A DNA stretch of 20,000 nt from an uncultured virus (IMG/VR IMGVR_UViG_3300038428_000082) (IMGVR_UViG_3300038428_000082), one strand, 5' to 3'; positions 1 to 5,041 are shown, counted from the first letter of the stretch. A program made the numbers and translations. Notes: a model not told the origin generated them from the sequence alone.

Positions 1-2
1 AT

Positions 3-73
3 GGGAGACGCTCTACCATTGAGCTACGCCCCGCATGGCGGGGCGACGGGACTCGAACCCGCAACCTTCTCCC
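3..73 (-). ncRNA. Circularly permuted tRNA-like module B (order T arm, closed acceptor stem, D arm; YrlA-like)
   Basis: Minus strand reads GGGAGA AGGTT GCGGG-TTCGAGT-CCCGT CGCCCCGC-CAT-GCGGGGCG TA GCTC-AATGGTA-GAGC G TCTCCC. The ends pair in place of an anticodon stem. May extend past the window edge. Confidence 0.75.
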
Positions 74-83
74 TGAATCAATC

Positions 84-187
84 CCCGGTATCCTACCATT
101 GAATGACGGGTCGCTGGGGGCGTTCTGCCTGACGGGAAGGCTACTCCATGCGATTATCCGGTGGGACTCGAACCCACATTTTCCGGG
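84..187 (-). ncRNA. Circularly permuted tRNA-like module A with a long closed acceptor hairpin
   Basis: CCCGG AAAAT GTGGG-TTCGAGT-CCCAC CGG..TCGC[hairpin]GCGA.CCG TC ATTC-AATGGTA-GGAT A CCGGG. The T arm precedes the D arm and the terminal CCCGG/CCGGG pair. Confidence 0.7.
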
Positions 188-193
188 CTAGCT

Positions 194-268
194 TGGCTCC
201 GAGGGGAGGACTCGAACCTCTCATTAACCGGGTCAGAGCCGGTTCTCCTACCGTTAGAGGACTCTGGA
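194..268 (-). tRNA. trnQ: tRNA-Gln(CUG), imperfect acceptor stem
   Basis: Anticodon arm ACCGG-CT CTG AC-CCGGT, TTCGAGT T loop, G73-CCA. Confidence 0.85.
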
Positions 269-331
269 ATATCTTGCTATTTACGTCAACTTTTAGCCCC
301 AGAGGGGTAAACTTGACGTATAAATCAATCT

Positions 332-410
332 TGGTCGGCGTGGGGAGATTTGAACTCCCGACCCCTCCGCCCCGAACGGAGTGCTCTAAACCGGGCTGAG
401 CTACACACCG
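332..410 (-). tRNA. trnP: tRNA-Pro(CGG)
   Basis: CTCCG-TT CGG GG-CGGAG, C1:G72, A73-CCA. Confidence 0.95.
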
Positions 411-420
411 AAAATTTAAA

Positions 421-1011
421 TCAGACGACCCCGGAATAATCTTTGCTTTTATTTCCCGGAACCCAATCCGCAAATAACCCAAGCTCCCTAACTTTTCGCA
501 TTGTATCAGCGATTAGTAACCACGCTTTGTAGGGCATATTTCCTCGAACAATGTTACATCTTGTGCAACAGGGAATTACGTTACTTTTCAAATGACCCCG
601 CATGTTATCTAATCGGTCCAACCCAATGCGTAGTTCTCTTTGGGTTACTCCACAGTATCGGCAGCCAGTGGATATAAGAGCAGCTACGTAGTTCCGGTCA
701 AGGTCGCAGGCAAACCCATGGCGTTTATCCCAACTCTTGCAGTCGTTTGTAACATGCCTTGCTTCGCCTTTATACCTTTGGGTGCTTAGAGTCTGTTTCC
801 TTCGCTCGTAAACCCCCTCGGTCATTCCATGTCGAGGTTTCCAACGTTTGTTATGCTTATTAAAGCAAATACGGCATAGAAATCGGTAATACTTATTCCC
901 ATTAGACCAACGTGTTGGGAAGTTCTTACCGTCCTCAGTTAATGCCTTCCCACATTTTTTGCAGATGTGTGGAAGTCTTACATTCACTCCACCAACTTCT
1001 TGACTCTTCAT
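421..1011 (-). CDS. HNH-type homing endonuclease inside the tRNA array (start revised to ATG at 1011)
   Basis: CRYC...GLDRLDNMRGHLKSNVIPCCTRCN motif and N-terminal CxxC pairs. The longer ORF start lies inside tRNA-Pro(UGG). Confidence 0.8.
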   Translation of the reverse strand: MKSQEVGGVNVRLPHICKKCGKALTEDGKNFPTRWSNGNKYYRFLCRICFNKHNKRWKPRHGMTEGVYERRKQTLSTQRYKGEARHVTNDCKSWDKRHGFACDLDRNYVAALISTGCRYCGVTQRELRIGLDRLDNMRGHLKSNVIPCCTRCNIVRGNMPYKAWLLIADTMRKVRELGLFADWVPGNKSKDYSGVV

Positions 1012-1030
1012 ACTAATAGATACTGAAGTC
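1012..1030 (-). promoter_or_regulatory. Putative phage-specific promoter GACTTC-N5-CTATTAGT directly before the ATG (leaderless)
   Basis: Same motif and spacing at 3233-3251 (-) and 3626-3644 (+); variants at 14152-14170 and 16513-16531. Confidence 0.65.
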
Positions 1031-1055
1031 AGAAGATTGGTCGGAGTGATATTTT

Positions 1056-1130
1056 TGGTCGGGGCGAGAGGATTTGAACCTCCAACGACTTGCTCCCAAA
1101 GCAAGTGGGTTACCGTTACCCTACGCCCCG
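1056..1130 (-). tRNA. trnP: tRNA-Pro(UGG)
   Basis: CTTGC-TT TGG GA-GCAAG, acceptor CGGGGCG/CGCCCCG, ACCA. Confidence 0.95.
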
Positions 1131-1167
1131 GCACAAGTTAGGCCGTTCAGCTACAGCCCGTAAACTT

Positions 1168-1242
1168 TGGTCAGGTCCGGCAGAGTCGAACTGCCAATCA
1201 CTAGTCCCCCAGACTAGGGCATTACCATTATGCTAGGACCTG
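1168..1242 (-). tRNA. trnP: tRNA-Pro(GGG)
   Basis: CTAGT-CT GGG GG-ACTAG, acceptor CAGGTCC/GGACCTG, ACCA. Confidence 0.95.
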
Positions 1243-1398
1243 ATAATGGAGGTTTGGCAGTACTCCCCCAGCTAATCAGAGCCAGTACTCGTCAACCTCC
1301 AAACGGTGACGGACAATGGGAGGTTTTCACCTCTCGGGCCTCAGCCCACATACTCAAACCGGTTAGCCTTGCCAGTCCAGTATGCTTCCGCCATAACT

Positions 1399-1473
1399 TG
1401 GTAGCTCGCACAGGAATCGAACCTGTGACATCCGCCTTATGAGAGCGGCGTTCTGCCACTGAACTAGCGAGCC
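1399..1473 (-). tRNA. tRNA with CAU anticodon (elongator Met or Ile2)
   Basis: CCGCT-CT CAT AA-GGCGG, paired 1:72, ACCA. Confidence 0.9.
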
Positions 1474-1590
1474 AGAACGTACGTGGTGTTTGGGAGCCAT
1501 GATGGTTGCGCTGCGCCACACCATGAGTATGTTACCCGACAATTACGCCGCCCAAACAATGGCCTTTTAAGGGGCACTCACGTACGGCTT

Positions 1591-1664
1591 GAGTTGCATG
1601 GGTGGAATCGAACCACCGACCTCCCGGTACCCCGGTCGCTCTTCCGCTGAGCTACAAGACAACC
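1591..1664 (-). ncRNA. Anticodon-less tRNA-like element (4-nt loop, no CCA)
   Basis: Intact D arm GCTC-AGCGGAA-GAGC and T arm GGTGG-TTCGATT-CCACC; anticodon arm reduced to CCGG-GGTA-CCGG. Confidence 0.7.
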
Positions 1665-1670
1665 CTAAGA

Positions 1671-1747
1671 TGGTAGCGGGGATGGGAATTGAACCCACCT
1701 TTACAGAGCTTATGAGACTCCGAAACTCACCAGAGTTATACCCCGCA
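1671..1747 (-). tRNA. trnM: tRNA-Met(CAU), initiator-like acceptor (U1.U72 mismatch)
   Basis: TGCGGGG/CCCCGCT-ACCA; GGAGT-CT CAT AA-GCTCT. Confidence 0.85.
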
Positions 1748-1800
1748 TCAAACCATACGCTACACCGCATATCTGTTGCTAATACGCTGTAGCGTATCAA

Positions 1801-1876
1801 GGTTGCGGAGGCTGGATTTGAACCAGCGGCCTGTTGGTTATGAGCCAACCGAGCTACCTGACTGCTCTACTCCGCT
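1801..1876 (-). tRNA. trnM: tRNA-fMet-like (CAU), A1.A72 mismatch, 3' end ACC-T
   Basis: AGCGGAG TA GAGC-AGTCAGGTA-GCTC; GTTGG-CT CAT AA-CCAAC; CTCCGCA ACC. Confidence 0.88.
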
Positions 1877-1882
1877 ATAACT

Positions 1883-1959
1883 TGGTGCCTCCCCAGAGAG
1901 TCGAACTCTGTTCTCCCGCTCTTCAGGCGGGCGCTATGCACCGCATCAGCTAAAGAGGC
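1883..1959 (-). tRNA. trnF: tRNA-Phe(GAA)
   Basis: CCCGC-CT GAA GA-GCGGG, ACCA. Confidence 0.93.
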
Positions 1960-2034
1960 AAAACCAAACTTTCAAACTTCTCGGCATTATCTTGAGAGCA
2001 CCTTAAGTCCTATAATACGCTCTCAAGAGCATCT

Positions 2035-2110
2035 TGGTGGGTCGGGAGGGAATCGAACCCTCAACCTTGGGCTTAAGAGGCCCCTGCTCTGCCAGTTAAG
2101 CTACCGACCC
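2035..2110 (-). tRNA. trnK: tRNA-Lys(CUU)
   Basis: GGGGC-CT CTT AA-GCCCA, GGGTCGG/CCGACCC, ACCA. Confidence 0.95.
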
Positions 2111-2115
2111 AAATT

Positions 2116-2192
2116 TGGTACCGCCGAGAGGACTCGAACCTCCAACTCCTCGGGCAAGAGCCGAGTACTCTGTCCAGTTGAGTTACGGCGGC
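2116..2192 (-). tRNA. tRNA with CUU (Lys) anticodon but G37/C38 and an Arg-like D loop
   Basis: CTCGG-CT CTT GC-CCGAG; D loop AACTGGACA; ACCA. Confidence 0.85.
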
Positions 2193-2198
2193 ACATCT

Positions 2199-2278
2199 TG
2201 GTGGAGCCGGTGGATTGGGTGCCCACGACCGTCCGCTTAAAAGGCGGCTACGCTTAACCACATCTGCGTCACGACTCC
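2199..2278 (-). tRNA. trnK: tRNA-Lys(UUU) with a non-canonical T loop
   Basis: GCCGC-CT TTT AA-GCGGA; T arm GTGGG-CACCCAA-TCCAC; GGAGTCG/CGGCTCC ACCA. Confidence 0.8.
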
Positions 2279-2284
2279 ATATTT

Positions 2285-2359
2285 TGGCTCTGGAGGAGGG
2301 AATCGAACCCCCAACCATTCGGTTAACAGCCGAACGCTCTACCGTTGAGCTACTCCAGA
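2285..2359 (-). tRNA. trnN: tRNA-Asn(GUU)
   Basis: TTCGG-CT GTT AA-CCGAA, U1:A72, G73-CCA. Confidence 0.95.
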
Positions 2360-2524
2360 AGAAACTGTCTCCTTCTCAGGCGGATATATAGACGAGTTGT
2401 TATGACACATCGTCCCTGAGTGCTCGCCTGAACCATACAACGGCTGGTGCTGTTTGCCCTCACAACCTGCCAACCAAGGGCGACCCTCATCACACCAGCG
2501 ACACTCGCTCATACGACCTCAAAC

Positions 2525-2598
2525 TGGCTGGGACGGCAGGACTCGAACCTGCATTCTCCGGGTAACAGCCGGGCATCTTACCATTGGATGACATCCCA
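2525..2598 (-). tRNA. trnN: tRNA-Asn(GUU) with a Gln-like body
   Basis: TGGGATG TC ATC-CAATGGTAA-GAT; CCCGG-CT GTT AC-CCGGA; 4-nt variable loop; GCCA. Confidence 0.88.
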
Positions 2599-2745
2599 AC
2601 AAACAGTGACCAGTGACAACCGCCCTCCGCAGGGGCGGGAAGTGCATAGCTGGGGACCTCGCCTGTTCCGAAGAACTGGTGCCCTGCTTACCACCGAACC
2701 CATCAGACTCGCCATCCCTTTGGGTGCGTCACGTGGTCTCAATCT

Positions 2746-2825
2746 TGGAAGCCCCGAGGGGATTTGAACCCACTGACCTTCGGTTTCGTAGACCGCTGCT
2801 CTAGTCCGGGCTGAGCTACGGGGCC
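2746..2825 (-). tRNA. trnR: tRNA-Arg(ACG)
   Basis: GCGGT-CT ACG AA-ACCGA, TCCA end. Confidence 0.9.
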
Positions 2826-3232
2826 TCAATCTTGTACCAACCTCTTTCTTTCGCTGTTTTACGACGGTGACAGTTGGCGCATCGCACGTCGCACTTAACT
2901 ATCTCAGCCTTTATCGTCTTTAATGATGCCTTCATTTGTGTCATTAAAGTTGAAACGGCTGCTAATTTCTTTTCTCCTTCCCGATGGTCAAACTCAAGGA
3001 CTATCGGGTCAGATTCTCCACAGTCGATACAGGGGTGAGTCATCAAATACTGTAAGACCCACTCTATGGCTTCTTTCCTATACCTTGCACCATTCCGTTT
3101 CGCTTTTTCAACATACGAGGTCTTATTCCTCTCGTAGTTTTGCTTATTGTAGCCTCGCTGGCATTCGAGGCAGTATGGTGCTGACCGGTGCTCTTTTTCC
3201 TTACCACATTTGTAACAGTTCTTAGACCTCAT
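2816..3232 (-). CDS. HNH endonuclease inside the tRNA array
   Basis: PCIDCGESDPIVLEFDH...CDVRCANCHRRKT; stop codon overlaps the 5' end of tRNA-Arg(ACG). Confidence 0.85.
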   Translation of the reverse strand: MRSKNCYKCGKEKEHRSAPYCLECQRGYNKQNYERNKTSYVEKAKRNGARYRKEAIEWVLQYLMTHPCIDCGESDPIVLEFDHREGEKKLAAVSTLMTQMKASLKTIKAEIVKCDVRCANCHRRKTAKERGWYKIEAP

Positions 3233-3271
3233 ACTAAAGGACTACGAAGTCCAATTACTGTTTTCAAATCT

Positions 3272-3347
3272 TGGAACCCCTGACAGGATTCGGACCTGCG
3301 ACCATCCGGGTCGAAACCGGGCGCTCTGTCCACTGAGCTACAGGGGC
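3272..3347 (-). tRNA. trnR: tRNA-Arg(UCG)
   Basis: CCCGG-TT TCG AC-CCGGA, A20, TCCA end. Confidence 0.92.
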
Positions 3348-3353
3348 CTAATC

Positions 3354-3431
3354 TGGAAGTCCCGGTCGGATTTTAACCGACGACCTTCTCCTTCGGAGGG
3401 AGTTGCTCTATACGGGCTGAGCTACGGGACC
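3354..3431 (-). tRNA. trnR: tRNA-Arg(CCG)
   Basis: ACTCC-CT CCG AA-GGAGA, atypical T loop TTAAAAT, TCCA end. Confidence 0.88.
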
Positions 3432-3437
3432 ATATAT

Positions 3438-3509
3438 TGGGGTGAATGACGAAGTGGGCTGCCCCCGCCCCCTCGGACCAGACCGAGTACCCTGTGGGGT
3501 TCACTCACC
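3438..3509 (-). ncRNA. tRNA-His mimic: His acceptor (G-1:C73, CCA) with non-canonical D, anticodon and T loops
   Basis: GGTGAGTG/CATTCACC-CCA; ACCC-CACA-GGGT; CTCGG-TCTGGT-CCGAG (6-nt loop); no TTC motif. Confidence 0.7.
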
Positions 3510-3514
3510 AAACT

Positions 3515-3589
3515 TGGGGTGACTGAGGGGAATCGAACCCCCGTATCCTGATTCACAGTCAGGCACTCTGCCACTGAGTTACAGTCACC
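3515..3589 (-). tRNA. trnH: tRNA-His(GUG), first tRNA of the array
   Basis: G-1, CCTGA-CT GTG AA-TCAGG, C73-CCA. Confidence 0.95.
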
Positions 3590-3644
3590 ATAAACGCAAA
3601 AAACCCACCCAAAAACCCATCTTATGACTTCCACTGTCTTTAAT

Positions 3645-4001
3645 ATGGGACAGTGGATTCATAGAATGCTTTTTGTTAACAAAGAAACTAAAACCGGGCT
3701 TTGTGCCGCCTGTGGAGATGTTAAAGTGCGACTCAAAGGTGGTAAGTATCTTTGCCGTAACTCACAAGCCCGTTGGACTGGAAGGTGTAACTACCCCTCT
3801 CATCCATACCGAGATAAGTCAAACCCCCCGAGAGTCTGCGATGAATGCGGCTTTGTTGCTAAATGCTCGTGCCAGATTGACATCCATCACATTGATGACA
3901 ACCACGCTAACAATCAGCCAGAGAACCTCCGTCCTCTATGCGTATGTTGTCACCGACTCATTCACTGCAAGTGCAAAATAAAAAAGCCCACAGAACCTTG
4001 A
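3645..4001 (+). CDS. HNH endonuclease, antisense to the tRNA operon (start revised to ATG 3645)
   Basis: CDECG...IDIHHIDDNHANNQPENLRPLCVCCHRLIH; preceded by the shared GACTTC-N5-TCTTTAAT motif. Confidence 0.85.
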   Translation: MGQWIHRMLFVNKETKTGLCAACGDVKVRLKGGKYLCRNSQARWTGRCNYPSHPYRDKSNPPRVCDECGFVAKCSCQIDIHHIDDNHANNQPENLRPLCVCCHRLIHCKCKIKKPTEP

Positions 4002-4012
4002 GTTCGGTGGGC
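3980..4012 (-). terminator. Intrinsic terminator (attenuator) upstream of the tRNA array
   Basis: GCCCAC-C-GAAC-TCAAG-GTTC-T-GTGGGC followed by TTTTTTATTTT. Confidence 0.88.
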
Positions 4013-4071
4013 ATCCTTGCACTCTGTTCGCTTTTTCGCTATGCGACTCCTGCGAACGGAAGCCCACCGAA
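4003..4071 (-). promoter_or_regulatory. Antiterminator helix, mutually exclusive with the terminator
   Basis: TTCGGTGGGC (4071-4062) is the exact complement of the terminator 5' arm GCCCACCGAA (4012-4003); inner TCC/GGA and GTTCGC/GCGAAC pairs extend it. Confidence 0.82.
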
Positions 4072-4134
4072 GCTTGGGCGGCTAAAATGCCGCTTAGGCT
4101 GCCACTGCATCGGGTTTGGTTTCCTATTTCGCAT
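4039..4134 (-). CDS. Leader peptide MRNRKPNPMQWQPKRHFSRPSFGGLPFAGVA (31 aa), putative tRNA-sensing attenuator peptide
   Basis: GGAGAG-AC-ATG start, TAG stop 26 nt before the terminator, codons match the downstream anticodons. Below the ORF-track size cutoff. Confidence 0.82.
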   Translation of the reverse strand: MRNRKPNPMQWQPKRHFSRPSFGGLPFAGVA

Positions 4135-4147
4135 GTCTCTCCAAAAC

Positions 4148-4215
4148 TGGTGCCCCTTTCGGGGCGTAAAATGGTAGGGGCTTTCGCCCCCTCAAACTGG
4201 TGGGCCTTTCGGCCC
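4148..4215 (-). repeat. Three tandem GAAA-tetraloop hairpins each followed by ACCA and a U-rich trailer
   Basis: GGGCC-GAAA-GGCCC-ACCA GTTTG; GGGGGC-GAAA-GCCCCT-ACCA TTTT; GCCCC-GAAA-GGGGC-ACCA GTTTT. Confidence 0.85.
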
Positions 4216-4318
4216 GGAATCTTGTGAGGCTGACCGGGTAACAATATCGTCCGGCTCCCCGCCTCAATTTTACCCCTACAAGTATAGGGTCGGTAGTTCG
4301 TTTTCTTCCTTCACTTAC

Positions 4319-4334
4319 ATAATACCACGGTTTT
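4319..4334 (-). promoter_or_regulatory. Putative promoter of the tRNA operon (AAAACCGTGGTATTAT, extended -10-like)
   Basis: Related AAAA-N2-4-RGTATYWT boxes at 11120-11134, 13258-13272 and 18942-18956 (-) and 19351-19365 (+); TGTGGTATACT at 10416-10426. Confidence 0.6.
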
Positions 4335-4579
4335 GGGAGAATATGGGGATTTTTTTAATCGGCCATTTATTTACTGTGAACCTAACTTTAGTTCCCGATA
4401 ACTTGTCTGATTTCCATTGGTTAGCCGTTCAGCCCGTATATCCCCGGTATTACCTCAAGGGCTGTCCAAATACTTCCCACCGGTCAACAAACCCGTCACT
4501 TCCTTTGTAACCCCGGATAAGCCGATTGGAGTTAATGACCGGATTAGAGTAAAGCGGCATCGTGGGAACCATAATGTAT

Positions 4580-5041
4580 TCAGGTTCCCTCCCATGAAAT
4601 TTCCAACCAAGTATGATACATGTTGTAGGGTGTCTCGGAGCCGCATTCGCCGCCGCTGTTCAAATAAGCGGCACTGTCATCATGCTCCACCCACCCTTCT
4701 TTGACCGTGACTTTGTAGCCGTCTCGGCGTAGCTTGGTGATGATTTTCTTTAGCTCGGCAGCGAACTCAAAATTCTTGAAAAACTTCTGTTCCCCGGCAA
4801 GCGGGCGGTCAGTCCAATTCTCCGTGGATAGCCGGTAGTCTTCAATTTTTGTTATGCCGTCTTTTATACGGGCGTCAATACGCCATTGAATGTCTTCGAG
4901 AGTTTTGGCGTAGTACTCTTTCCGCTTTTTCTCTTCCGCAGCCGCCCGCTGAACCTTGCGCTTGGCGGACTCCTCCACTTTCTCCCGAGCAATACGTTCA
5001 GCGTTGGTCTCAGCGAGCGCCCTTGCTTCCGCTGCCCTCAT
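4580..5041 (-). CDS. Hypothetical protein with an N-terminal coiled coil
   Basis: ATG overlaps the stop of the upstream gene (ATGA); charged helical N-terminus. Confidence 0.7.
   Translation of the reverse strand: MRAAEARALAETNAERIAREKVEESAKRKVQRAAAEEKKRKEYYAKTLEDIQWRIDARIKDGITKIEDYRLSTENWTDRPLAGEQKFFKNFEFAAELKKIITKLRRDGYKVTVKEGWVEHDDSAAYLNSGGECGSETPYNMYHTWLEISWEGT

Noticed and set aside
36..114. Conventional tRNA read linearly (D arm, GATTGAT loop, T arm, CCA)
   Set aside because: Acceptor and anticodon stems do not pair; each half pairs much better with its neighbour in the permuted arrangement.
115..150. HDV-like theta ribozyme (TTCCCGT resembles L3)
   Set aside because: No P1/P2/P3 pseudoknot could be built; it folds as a simple hairpin.
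1303..2500. Hammerhead ribozyme or tmRNA among the spacers
   Set aside because: No complete CUGANGA...GAAA core with three stems, and no tmRNA Ala-type ends with a tag frame.
141..3634. Short ORFs overlapping tRNA genes on either strand
   Set aside because: They are translations of tRNA sequence, without RBS or protein motifs.
4148..4215. Mini CRISPR array
   Set aside because: Stems differ in sequence, the linkers are only about 6 nt, and no cas genes are present.
3936..4244. 102-aa minus-strand and 79-aa plus-strand ORFs over the leader
   Set aside because: No RBS or recognisable protein; the 31-codon ORF in another frame has an RBS and explains the structure.
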